47,737 nucleotides of DNA from Candidatus Acidiferrales bacterium (GCA_035258265.1 DATEVZ010000312.1:1-47737); one strand, 5' to 3'. Shown: positions 1 through 8,315, counted from the stretch's first letter. The notes: generated by a model not told the origin, from the sequence alone. Made by a program: numbers and translations.

Positions 1-1050
1 TCGCTTGAGCTACAGCTGGGTAAAGAAGGCTCTGCAAGGAGCGGGCCTGGTGAGCCGGGAGCGCAAGCGCGGGGTGCATCGACGCAAGCGGGAGCGCCGC
101 CCCCTACCGGGGATGCTGCTGCACATCGATGGGAGCCGGCATCACTGGTTTCAAGATGATCGCTGGTATGACCTGTTGGTGATACTGGACGATGCCACGA
201 GCCGGATCTATTACGCACAGTTGGTGGAAGAGGAATCGACGATGACGGTGTTGGGGGCTTTGCGCAAGGTGGTGGAACAGGAAGGAATTTTCTGCGCCCT
301 GTACAGCGACCGCGCCAGTCACTTCTTTTGGACCCCTCGCGCGGGAGGGATGGTCGATCCGGAACGGCTGACGCAAGTGGGACGAGCTTTGAAGGAGCTG
401 GGGATTCGGATGATCCCGGCCTACTCCCCGCAAGCGCGCGGGCGTTCGGAGCGGGGCTTCGGGACTTGGCAGGGACGCTTGCCTCAGGAATTGCGCTTGC
501 GCGGGATGAGCACGCTGGAGCAAGCCAATGCTTTTCTGGAGCAGGAGTACACGGCCGAGTTCAATCAACGTTTCCAGGTGCCGGCCTTGCAGGCGGGTAG
601 CGCGTTTCTAGCGTGCCCCAGGAAGGATCTGGATGTGCTGTTTTCGGTGCAGCAGGTGCGGGTGGTGAGTCGGGATAACACGGTGGTGGTGGGTGGGAAA
701 ACGCTGCAGATCGAAGCGACGCGCTGGAGAGGAACACTCGCTGGATGTTCGGTCACCGTCTGCGAACATCTCGATCAAAGCTGGAGCATTCGCTATGGGC
801 CTCACACGGTGGGTCGCTACAACGCGCAGGGATGGCCCTGCCTGCCAGAGACGAAGCGAACCGAGCGGGGGAAGACTGTGGAAAAGACGCTCCGTGGAAA
901 AGTCCTTCGGACTTTCCCACCGCGCTTGGGAATCCCGCCCAAACCGCGGGATTCCCACTTTCCCACAGTCACGGCGGCGGTGCTCTCTCAACCTCAAACC
1001 GGACATATCGTGTGCTCTAAAAAGCGGACATTTTAACTTGCTAACGACAG
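1..1050 (+). mobile_element. Partial insertion sequence with its left part cut by the window edge. The right end is only estimated.
   Basis: The transposase ORF is open to the window edge. Around and after its stop are two CGGACAT sub-repeats (ACCGGACATATCG ... GCGGACATTTTAAC), which look like an IS terminus. The element ends within about 27 nt of the miaA stop. The left end and any target-site duplication are not visible. Confidence 0.55.
5..1036 (+). CDS. DDE (rve/integrase-core) transposase, ISNCY/IS481-like, N-terminally truncated by the window
   Basis: A DDE triad is recognisable: D in LLHIDGS, D in LYSDRAS and E in ARGRSERGFGTWQ. The frame stays open upstream to position 2, so the HTH N-terminus is missing. 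The family assignment is from memory of similar transposases, not from a search. Confidence 0.85.
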   Translation: MSYSWVKKALQGAGLVSRERKRGVHRRKRERRPLPGMLLHIDGSRHHWFQDDRWYDLLVILDDATSRIYYAQLVEEESTMTVLGALRKVVEQEGIFCALYSDRASHFFWTPRAGGMVDPERLTQVGRALKELGIRMIPAYSPQARGRSERGFGTWQGRLPQELRLRGMSTLEQANAFLEQEYTAEFNQRFQVPALQAGSAFLACPRKDLDVLFSVQQVRVVSRDNTVVVGGKTLQIEATRWRGTLAGCSVTVCEHLDQSWSIRYGPHTVGRYNAQGWPCLPETKRTERGKTVEKTLRGKVLRTFPPRLGIPPKPRDSHFPTVTAAVLSQPQTGHIVCSKKRTF

Positions 1051-1062
1051 TTTCGAACATAA

Positions 1063-1989
1063 TTATGACGAAATTTTCATAAGAGCTGCAGCAAAAATCT
1101 CGGGATCATCGCCGAAGCCCTCGAGCCAATGAACCGCACCCTCTTTGCGGAACCAGGTGATTTGGCGCTTTGCAAAATTGCGCGTGGCTTGCTGGATGCG
1201 CCCTACGGCTTCCTCTTTGCCAAGTCGTCCCGCGAGTTGCTCACGCCATTCAGCGTAACCGATGAAGTGAAAAGGTTTCGCGTCCGCGGAAACGCCATCT
1301 GCCACCAGTTGCCGCACTTCCTCAATCCATCCATCGCGAATCATGGCCTCAACACGCGCGTGAATTCGCTCGTACAACGCCGCGCGCGGCGGCAGCAATC
1401 CAATCTTGATCACTTCGTATCCGGCGAGCGGGTCGCGACCGCTGCGATGAATTTCGCCCACAGTCTTGCCGGTCACCAGCCGCATTTCGATTGCGCGAAT
1501 TATCTTTTGCGTGTCGCGTGCGGCGATTCGCGCCGCTGATTCGGCATCAACGCGCGCCAGCACACGATGAAGATGCTCGGGCCCATGCACTTCAGCCTTC
1601 GCGCGCAGTCGTTCGCGCAATTCCTCCGAGCGCAGCGGCGCTTCGGCTAGCCCTTCGAGCAGCGCGCGCAGATAAAGCCCGGTGCCCGCGGTTAGAATCG
1701 GCAATTTCTCGCGGCGGCGCATATCGTCCAGAATTTTCAGCGCGCGGCGCCGATATTCTCCCGCCGTGAAAACCTGATCCGGCTCGACAAGATCAACCAG
1801 CTGATGCGCGATGCCTTGCTGTTCTGCAGCCGGAACTTTGGCCGTGCCAATATTGAACCGGCGATACACCTGCGTGGAATCACAGACCAGAATTTCGCCG
1901 CCGAGCCGCTTCGCCAGCGAAATCCCCAACGCTGATTTGCCGGAAGCAGTAGGCCCGAGAATCACAACGAGCCGCGGCAGCGCCCTCAT
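1063..1989 (-). CDS. miaA: tRNA dimethylallyltransferase (tRNA i6A37 synthase)
   Basis: N-terminal P-loop ILGPTASGKS, the DSTQVYR motif, and a typical length of 308 aa. Confidence 0.95.
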   Translation of the reverse strand: MRALPRLVVILGPTASGKSALGISLAKRLGGEILVCDSTQVYRRFNIGTAKVPAAEQQGIAHQLVDLVEPDQVFTAGEYRRRALKILDDMRRREKLPILTAGTGLYLRALLEGLAEAPLRSEELRERLRAKAEVHGPEHLHRVLARVDAESAARIAARDTQKIIRAIEMRLVTGKTVGEIHRSGRDPLAGYEVIKIGLLPPRAALYERIHARVEAMIRDGWIEEVRQLVADGVSADAKPFHFIGYAEWREQLAGRLGKEEAVGRIQQATRNFAKRQITWFRKEGAVHWLEGFGDDPEIFAAALMKISS

Positions 1990-2081
1990 CCCGAAAATTT
2001 CCAGTAGCGAAGCAATAGGGCGAGCAAAACCAGAGCAGCCAGCAGAAGAGCGCCCACGATCTGTACGCGGCTGAGTTTCAT
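1986..2081 (-). CDS. Possible 31-aa single-pass membrane peptide (MKLSRVQIVGALLLAALVLLALLLRYWKFSG)
   Basis: The ATG is at 2081-2079. The TGA stop overlaps the miaA ATG (ATGA at 1989-1986). The ORF starts 8 nt after the TonB-like gene stop and has a strongly hydrophobic core. It is absent from the ORF track, being shorter than any ORF listed there. Confidence 0.3.
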   Translation of the reverse strand: MKLSRVQIVGALLLAALVLLALLLRYWKFSG

Positions 2082-2088
2082 GGCGAAG

Positions 2089-3498
2089 TTACTGCGCGTT
2101 ATTGATGGGAATATTATAGAAGAAGATGAATCGAAGTTCGATGTAAGGCCCCTTGAACTGCGGAGGCAGCGGATCGAAAGGGTTCGTCGTGCGAATTGCA
2201 GACATCGCCGCCGTATCGAGAGGATCCTTGCCGGAGGTTCTCTCGAGATTGAAATTCTCGCCCGGGAAGCTGCCGTCGCGATTGATGCGAAACGTGACGG
2301 CCACGATTCCCTTGTCGCCCATGTAAGCGGATTCGGGCATCACGGCATACCAATTCTGCTTCACTCTCGCCACAAGCCGCGTGATGTAGCTATTGAAATC
2401 AACGCCTTCCGTCGGCGTTAGAATCGTGACGGCGTTGCCAACCTGCCCTCCGCCTCCTCCGCTGCCGCGCCCGCGACCATCGCCTCCTCCAGTGCCTCGC
2501 GGAATGCCGCTACTCGAGCTATACGTTCCGCCGCTGGCGTGCTTGACCGCATCCTGCAATTCATCATTCATCGACTTATTTGGTGACGAATTCGATAGCC
2601 CGAGATTCAAGTGGCCGGGCACGGGTTGTGGTGCAGCAGGTAATAGGCGCGATGGCGACGGCGCTGCGTCCACAGGCGGGGTAGCAGCCGTAGGTGCAGG
2701 CGGCGTCCGATTCGGTTGCGGTGTAGGTGCAGCGGGCAAATCCGAAGGCGGTCGCTCCGGATTCGCTTTCGGCGATGGAGGCGCTTCGATGCGATGTTCT
2801 TCCGGCCGCGGAGGCGCCACTTTATTCAAGACTTTTGGACTGATCTTCACTGCGGGGCCCGGCGGGGGCGACGGGCGTCGCGAGAGTTCCCCCACATCCG
2901 GCGGCAAATAAACCACGCCCAATTCCTTGCTGGCCAGTTCGATTTCATCGCGCGTGGGAACGTGCGGTGGGAAAATTTTCGGCAGAAATACGAGAAAGAC
3001 GATGAAAGCGATGTGCGCCGCCACCGAAGCTGCGCGCGTGATGGCGTCCTCTTTGGCATCGCGCTTATCTTCCGACTCGACGAGAAGATTGGCCTCACCG
3101 GTCATGAAGATATCCGGCTCCACCACTTCGCGAAGCTGCGCGGTCATCTCCGGCGGCTGGTCGAATTTGTCAATTTCCTGCTGCTCGGGTTTTTCGACGA
3201 ACGCCGGCACGACCACGCGCGAATCCAGGATGGCGATCGGAACATGCTCGCCCCACGGCTCAATATTTTCGAAGGGCTTGGCCGCCATGCCGCGCGGCAC
3301 CAGCGTGCGATCCACCAGAACGCCAAGCGGCAGATGCTCGGGGATGTTCGTCTTGCCCGTAAGCGGCGGAGCATCGGACAAATCCGAAGGCACGACGGTG
3401 CGATCGTCCATGTACGTCGTCAGCCGGCGTGGCGGTCTCTTGGCTTCGCCGTTCTCGAGCGGGCGCACGTCGGTCGGAACAAGTGTCCGGGGAATCAT
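2089..3498 (-). CDS. TonB-family energy-transducer-like protein with a long N-terminal extension
   Basis: One TM segment (AASVAAHIAFIVFLVFLPKIF), a Pro-rich linker (PPSPKANPERPPSDLPAAPTPQPNRTPPAPTAATPP), and a C-terminal TonB_C-like domain (VDFNSYITRLVARVKQNWY...VAVTFRINRDG...). Confidence 0.8.
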   Translation of the reverse strand: MIPRTLVPTDVRPLENGEAKRPPRRLTTYMDDRTVVPSDLSDAPPLTGKTNIPEHLPLGVLVDRTLVPRGMAAKPFENIEPWGEHVPIAILDSRVVVPAFVEKPEQQEIDKFDQPPEMTAQLREVVEPDIFMTGEANLLVESEDKRDAKEDAITRAASVAAHIAFIVFLVFLPKIFPPHVPTRDEIELASKELGVVYLPPDVGELSRRPSPPPGPAVKISPKVLNKVAPPRPEEHRIEAPPSPKANPERPPSDLPAAPTPQPNRTPPAPTAATPPVDAAPSPSRLLPAAPQPVPGHLNLGLSNSSPNKSMNDELQDAVKHASGGTYSSSSGIPRGTGGGDGRGRGSGGGGGQVGNAVTILTPTEGVDFNSYITRLVARVKQNWYAVMPESAYMGDKGIVAVTFRINRDGSFPGENFNLERTSGKDPLDTAAMSAIRTTNPFDPLPPQFKGPYIELRFIFFYNIPINNAQ

Positions 3499-4502
3499 CG
3501 AGTTTCCTGGGGACTGAGAGCTTCCAGTTTGACGCGGCGGGCATGTTCCTGGATGCCTGCCATCACACGGTCCGCCAATTCCAGCGCACGGCGACCGGCG
3601 GCACCATCCACGCGCGGCGGACGGCGCGTGCGCACCGCGTGCACAAACGCGCGCAACTCGCCGCGCAGCGGCTCTTCCGGAACCGTGGGCACCTTTTCAA
3701 AATTGATCTTGGGAAGATTCTCGGGCTGGCTTTCCCGCTGCCCTGCGCCCTGATCCACGCGAACGCGCAGCAAATCCTGCCGCGTGAAATCAATCGAGAC
3801 ATATTCGTGTGCCTGAAAGAAACGCATCTTGCGCACTCGCTCTGTGGAAACTCGGCTCGCCGTGAGGTTCGCAACTGCGCCGGTCGCGAATTCCAGTCGG
3901 GCGTGGGCGATGTCCACCTTGTCGGAAATCACCGGGATACCCACGGCTTTCAGGTCCGTTACAGGCGAATCCACCAGCGATAGCAAAATATCCAGGTCGT
4001 GAATCATGATGTCGTACACCACGTCAATATCCAGGCTGCGCGGCGTGAAAACCCCGAGGCGGTGCACCTCAAAAAACATGGGGTTTGAAACAATCTTCTT
4101 AACCGCCGTAACGGCGGGGTTGAATCGCTCAAGATGTCCCACCTGCAGGATGCGATTCGCGCGTTGCGCGGAAGCAATCAAGCCGTCCGCTTCGCCGACC
4201 GAAGAAGCCATCGGTTTTTCGACCAATACGTCCATTCCCCAGTCCAGCAGGCGGCAACCAAGGGAACCATGTTCCCTGGTCGGTACTGCAACACTCACAG
4301 CATCTATCTTTTCCACTTTGAGCGCGTCGATGTCGCGGATCACGCGCGTAGTGAATTCCGCCGCGACCTGTGCCGCGCGCGCGGCGTTCGTATCGACCAC
4401 GCCGACCAGTTCCACGCCCTCCATTTCGGCCCACACCCGCACGTGATTGCGCCCAAATTCGCCGACGCCGACCACCGCAACGCGTATTGGCTTCTCGTTC
4501 AC
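3495..4502 (-). CDS. Gfo/Idh/MocA-family NAD(P)-dependent oxidoreductase; possible UDP-GlcNAc 3-dehydrogenase (GnnA-like)
   Basis: N-terminal Rossmann motif IRVAVVGVGEFGRNH. The gene has 4-nt overlaps with lpxI upstream and the TonB-like gene downstream. The GnnA idea rests only on operon context. Confidence 0.85.
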   Translation of the reverse strand: MNEKPIRVAVVGVGEFGRNHVRVWAEMEGVELVGVVDTNAARAAQVAAEFTTRVIRDIDALKVEKIDAVSVAVPTREHGSLGCRLLDWGMDVLVEKPMASSVGEADGLIASAQRANRILQVGHLERFNPAVTAVKKIVSNPMFFEVHRLGVFTPRSLDIDVVYDIMIHDLDILLSLVDSPVTDLKAVGIPVISDKVDIAHARLEFATGAVANLTASRVSTERVRKMRFFQAHEYVSIDFTRQDLLRVRVDQGAGQRESQPENLPKINFEKVPTVPEEPLRGELRAFVHAVRTRRPPRVDGAAGRRALELADRVMAGIQEHARRVKLEALSPQETR

Positions 4503-5407
4503 GATTTCCTTTTAGACCTAGCGTCTCGCGTCTCGCCGCCGGTGCTGACGCCAATTTCCGGCGCGAACGCCTCGATCGCAATTCCTGCATCGTCCGCCGC
4601 GCGAATCAATTCGTCACGATCGAAAAGCAACGTGCGCCCCGCGTCAATCGCCAAAGCAGTGGCGTTCGACCTTTTCATTACTTGGATGGTAGCCAAGCCG
4701 ATCACCGGCACATCAAAACGCATATCCTGCTGCGGTTTGCTGACTTTCACTACCACTAGGCGCTGTCCACCCGTGATGCGCGCGGCGCGCTCGATGGTTT
4801 CATCCGTGCCCTCCATGGCTTCGATCGCCACGCAGGCGCGATCGCGCACTACTACCATCTGTCCCAGGTCTAGCCCCGCGATCTGCCTCGCCACCTTCCT
4901 CCCGTACTCAATATCCTGGGCTTCCGCCACATCCGGCGCGCGATGAGTCAGAATGCCCGCCTCAGGTAGCAGCGCTCCCAGAAATTTCGTCGAGTCCACC
5001 AGTTCGATGCCTTCGTCTCCCAACACGCGCGCAACTGCGCCAATCAGCGAGTCAGTGTTTTTGGCCGGCAGCGAAAGCAGCAGCTTCGCCAAACGCCAAT
5101 CCGGGCGTATCGCGCTGAAAATTTTATTGTGCTTCACCTGCCCGGCCATCACCGCGTGCTTGACGCCTTCCTGATGCAGCAACTCAATTGTCCGGCTAAG
5201 CTCCCCGAGGCTCACCCAGTGCAAACGTTTCGCGACGCGCTCAAGCCCCTGCGAAGCCTCTTCGCGAATCGCAATCACCGCCATTTCGATCCCGCGGCTG
5301 CGCGCCCCTTCCAACACCAAAAATGGGAAATCGCCATTTCCCGCGATCAAACCCCAGCCCGAAGGGACCTGATTTTCTGTGTGTTTGGATAAGGCTGACA
5401 CCATCAC
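4499..5407 (-). CDS. lpxI: UDP-2,3-diacylglucosamine diphosphatase LpxI (DUF1009 family)
   Basis: GLIAGNGDFPFLV near the N-terminus and DLGQMVVV...AIEAMEGTDETIERA in the C-terminal domain. It sits immediately downstream of lpxA, as in other LpxI-type organisms. Confidence 0.85.
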   Translation of the reverse strand: MMVSALSKHTENQVPSGWGLIAGNGDFPFLVLEGARSRGIEMAVIAIREEASQGLERVAKRLHWVSLGELSRTIELLHQEGVKHAVMAGQVKHNKIFSAIRPDWRLAKLLLSLPAKNTDSLIGAVARVLGDEGIELVDSTKFLGALLPEAGILTHRAPDVAEAQDIEYGRKVARQIAGLDLGQMVVVRDRACVAIEAMEGTDETIERAARITGGQRLVVVKVSKPQQDMRFDVPVIGLATIQVMKRSNATALAIDAGRTLLFDRDELIRAADDAGIAIEAFAPEIGVSTGGETRDARSKRKS

Positions 5408-5408
5408 C

Positions 5409-6203
5409 CTATTTTGTCAGACCGCGGTCGGACGAGGCCGACTCGATGAACTGGACTAATGTTATGACGTCCGGTGAGTCCGCGAGGGTTCCACGCATTT
5501 TTTCCACGGCCTGCGAAGTGTTCATTTTTGAACGTAGCAGCAACCGGAAGGCCTTTTCGATGGACTGGATTCGCTCCGAGGAAAAACCCTGGCGCTCCAG
5601 ACCGACACGGTTCACTCCCAGGCATCGCGTTCCTCGTGGTGCCACGATTTTGGAAAACGGCGGCACGTCCTGCGTGATCACCGTGTGCGCCGCGATATAA
5701 GAATATTTGCCGATGCGGCAGAATTGATGCACCGGACAAAACGCGCCGATTTGTGCGTTGTCCTCCACCGTCACGTGGCCAGCCAGCGTTGCGCCATTCA
5801 CAAAAATCGTGGAGTCTCCAATTTGGCAATCGTGTCCGATGTGCGCATAAGACATGATCAGGTTATTGCTGCCCATCCGGGTTATGCTCCCGCCCTTCAC
5901 CGTTCCGCGATTCACCGTCGAGAATTCGTGGAATTCGTTCTTATCGCCCACTTCCAAGGACACCCGCTCTCCCTTATACGTCAGATCCTGCGGGTCGCCG
6001 CCCACCACGGCGAATGGGTAAAGGTGGTTTTCGCGCCCCATCCGCGTTGGCCCCTGTACCACGGCATGATGCTCCAGCACAGAAGCGTCGCCCAATTCCA
6101 CTTCATCGCCCACCACGGCAAAGGCGCCGACTTTTACGTTTTTCCCAAGCTTCGCGGTGGAAGAAACGATCGCCCGCGGATCGATTTCACTCATCGGGCT
6201 CAC
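5409..6203 (-). CDS. lpxA: Acyl-ACP--UDP-N-acetylglucosamine O-acyltransferase
   Basis: Left-handed beta-helix hexapeptide repeats followed by a helical C-terminal domain, 264 aa, located directly after fabZ. Confidence 0.95.
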   Translation of the reverse strand: MSPMSEIDPRAIVSSTAKLGKNVKVGAFAVVGDEVELGDASVLEHHAVVQGPTRMGRENHLYPFAVVGGDPQDLTYKGERVSLEVGDKNEFHEFSTVNRGTVKGGSITRMGSNNLIMSYAHIGHDCQIGDSTIFVNGATLAGHVTVEDNAQIGAFCPVHQFCRIGKYSYIAAHTVITQDVPPFSKIVAPRGTRCLGVNRVGLERQGFSSERIQSIEKAFRLLLRSKMNTSQAVEKMRGTLADSPDVITLVQFIESASSDRGLTK

Positions 6204-6703
6204 TCATCGAGCTTCTTCACCGGAACTCGCGCGGCGGAACTCGTTGACACGGCAGGCGTGCCGTCTGGCCCGACGTCCACCATCGCGCACATCAGCGTGG
6301 CCTCGGCGGCCAGCTCCCCATTCACGCGCGCGTGGCCCTGGACCTTGCAAAACGGCCCGCGAAACGTGATTACGTTCACTTCTACTCGCAATTGATCGCC
6401 CGGCACCACCGGTCGGCGGAAACGCGCGTTATCAATCGCCGCCATGTACATAACCTTGCGGTCGCGATCTTCCACATCCTGCAGCAGCAGAAGCCCTCCA
6501 ATTTGTGCCATGGATTCGACGATCAGGACTCCGGGCATGACCGGCTTGCCTGGAAAATGTCCTTGGAAGAAATACTCGTTGATGGTGACGTTCTTGATTC
6601 CCACAATGCGCTTCTTTGGTTCCATTTCTTCAATGGCGTCCACCAAAAGGAAAGGGTAGCGATGTGGCAGGATCTTCTGGATCCCTATACTGTCGAGGAT
6701 CAT
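6200..6703 (-). CDS. fabZ: 3-hydroxyacyl-ACP dehydratase
   Basis: ILPHRYPFLLVD and FFQGHFPGKPVMPGVL hot-dog motifs. Confidence 0.95.
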   Translation of the reverse strand: MILDSIGIQKILPHRYPFLLVDAIEEMEPKKRIVGIKNVTINEYFFQGHFPGKPVMPGVLIVESMAQIGGLLLLQDVEDRDRKVMYMAAIDNARFRRPVVPGDQLRVEVNVITFRGPFCKVQGHARVNGELAAEATLMCAMVDVGPDGTPAVSTSSAARVPVKKLDE

Positions 6704-7047
6704 CGTCTATGGGCCTCTGCTTGCTATGGATTGCGTGTTGCGCGCCTGGTCCGCTGTATCGCGCGCGCATTGTCAGCGCATTGCGTTGGGAATTTGAGTC
6801 GCGCCGCGCGTTTGCAATTTCTTCGCGCTCTGCGCGGATGACAGCACCCCACCCCACCCAATGGTAGTCGCCACCGACGAAAATTTCCATCGGCGCACAA
6901 TCAAACAATTCTATACGAAACCCGAGCAGGTGGGAATCGCAGTGGCAAGCAGTAGCCGACCGTAGCCGGATGAACGAAACGGCACATGCGACCAAGCGCG
7001 AGCTTCTGCTAGGATGGCCGCGGGTTAGAAGCGGACGGATTAAGGAA

Positions 7048-8211
7048 ATGACTTTGAGAAATGTGAGCATGAAACGAATCCTGAGCCAGTTGCGTGGGCG
7101 ACAACGCGAGATGGTGAAGTTGCTGGGTGAGTTTGTGCGCTGCGAATCGCCCAGCCACGATAAGTCGGCCGTGGACCGTTTCGGCCAGATCGTGGCGCGC
7201 GAATGGAAACGGCGCGGGGCGAGCGTGCGGATTCTCCGGCAGGACGAACGCGGAAATCACGTGCGCGCGGAAATCTGGTTGGGCAAAGGGAAACCTGTGG
7301 GACAGGTCGTGGTCCTCGGCCACCTCGACACCGTGTATCCACTCGGCACGCTCGCAAAAATGCCATTTCGCATTTCCGGCGGGCGCGCTTGGGGGCCGGG
7401 AACATTTGACATGAAGGGCGGCCTGATTTTGGCGCTGTTTGCAGTGGAGGCTTTGCGCGCGGCCGCCATCGAGCCATCCAAGCGGTTCGTCCTTCTCTGG
7501 ACCTCCGACGAAGAAATCGGCAGCGAAAGTTCCCGTCGCGCGATCGAGCAGGAAGCGTGCAAGAGCGACGCCGTTCTCGTCCTCGAACCGTCGTTCGGGA
7601 CCGATGGCCGGCTAAAGACAGAACGAAAAGGCGTCGGAGGCGCAGAGATTATCGTCACAGGACGCTCCGCCCACGCCGGGATTGATCCCGAAAAGGGCGT
7701 CAACGCCGTCCATGAGCTTGCGCTGCAAATCGGGCGCCTGATGAAGATGAACGACCCGCGGCGCGGCATCACGGCGCAGACCACGGTAGTAAGCGGCGGC
7801 ACGCTTACGAACGTGGTGCCCGAGCACGCGCATGCGTCAGTGGATATTCGCTATTCACGCCAGGCAGATGCAGCGCAGCTCAATAGGAAGCTGCATGCAG
7901 TGCGGCCGATTTTAAAAGGCGCACGCATCGAAGTGCGACCCACAGGCGACCGTCCGCCGCTCGAACGCACCCTTGCCGTGCGGAAGTTATTCAGCCACGC
8001 ACAATCATTGATGCGCGAAATGGGATTGCCGCTTGGCGAAGCATCGACAGGAGGGGGCTCGGACGGCAGCTTCACCGCGGCACTGGGCGTGCCGACGCTC
8101 GATGGGTTAGGCGCGGTAGGCGATGGCGCACACAGCCCGCGCGAGCACGTGCTGATTCGCGCGCTGCCCGAACGCGCCGCGCTACTCGCGGGGTTGCTGG
8201 CAACATTGTGA
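7048..8211 (+). CDS. M20-family metallopeptidase (carboxypeptidase G2 / glutamate carboxypeptidase-like)
   Basis: GHLDTV, the GPGTFDMKGG dimerisation/catalytic region, TSDEEIGS, and SAHAG. The start is uncertain: the ORF opens at 6970 and ATG candidates lie at 7048 and 7069. Confidence 0.85.
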   Translation: MTLRNVSMKRILSQLRGRQREMVKLLGEFVRCESPSHDKSAVDRFGQIVAREWKRRGASVRILRQDERGNHVRAEIWLGKGKPVGQVVVLGHLDTVYPLGTLAKMPFRISGGRAWGPGTFDMKGGLILALFAVEALRAAAIEPSKRFVLLWTSDEEIGSESSRRAIEQEACKSDAVLVLEPSFGTDGRLKTERKGVGGAEIIVTGRSAHAGIDPEKGVNAVHELALQIGRLMKMNDPRRGITAQTTVVSGGTLTNVVPEHAHASVDIRYSRQADAAQLNRKLHAVRPILKGARIEVRPTGDRPPLERTLAVRKLFSHAQSLMREMGLPLGEASTGGGSDGSFTAALGVPTLDGLGAVGDGAHSPREHVLIRALPERAALLAGLLATL

Positions 8212-8220
8212 CGAAATTTC

Positions 8221-8291
8221 GTAGCGGCACACTTCGGTGCGCCGTCGCTGTTGCCGCGACAATCGATGGCGGTCTGAAAGACCACCGCTAC
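8221..8291 (+). repeat. Copy A of a ~70-nt structured intergenic repeat (three copies in the window)
   Basis: Outer stem GTAGC/GCTAC. Hairpin 1 is GGCACAC-TTCG-GTGCGCC and hairpin 3 is GGCGGTC-TGAAA-GACCACC. It aligns base for base with 36270-36339 and 42220-42289. It lies 10 nt after the M20 stop, in a convergent gap. Confidence 0.8.
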
Positions 8292-8315
8292 GAAACCTTC
8301 GGTGTTTCGGCGAAC

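Noticed and set aside
6630-7070. 146-aa minus-strand ORF filling the fabZ / M20 intergenic region
   Set aside because: It overlaps the fabZ start, has no SD or recognisable domain, and is compositionally Arg-rich. The ~340-nt region is more likely a divergent promoter region, and I could not support any feature in it beyond that.
8221-8291. The 70-nt repeats as tRNA genes or a CRISPR array
   Set aside because: The length and closing stem look superficially tRNA-like. However, the arms have 3-5-nt loops, there is no 7-nt anticodon or T-loop, and there are no conserved tRNA bases. The copies are 28 kb and 6 kb apart with genes between them and no regular spacers, so they are not a CRISPR array.
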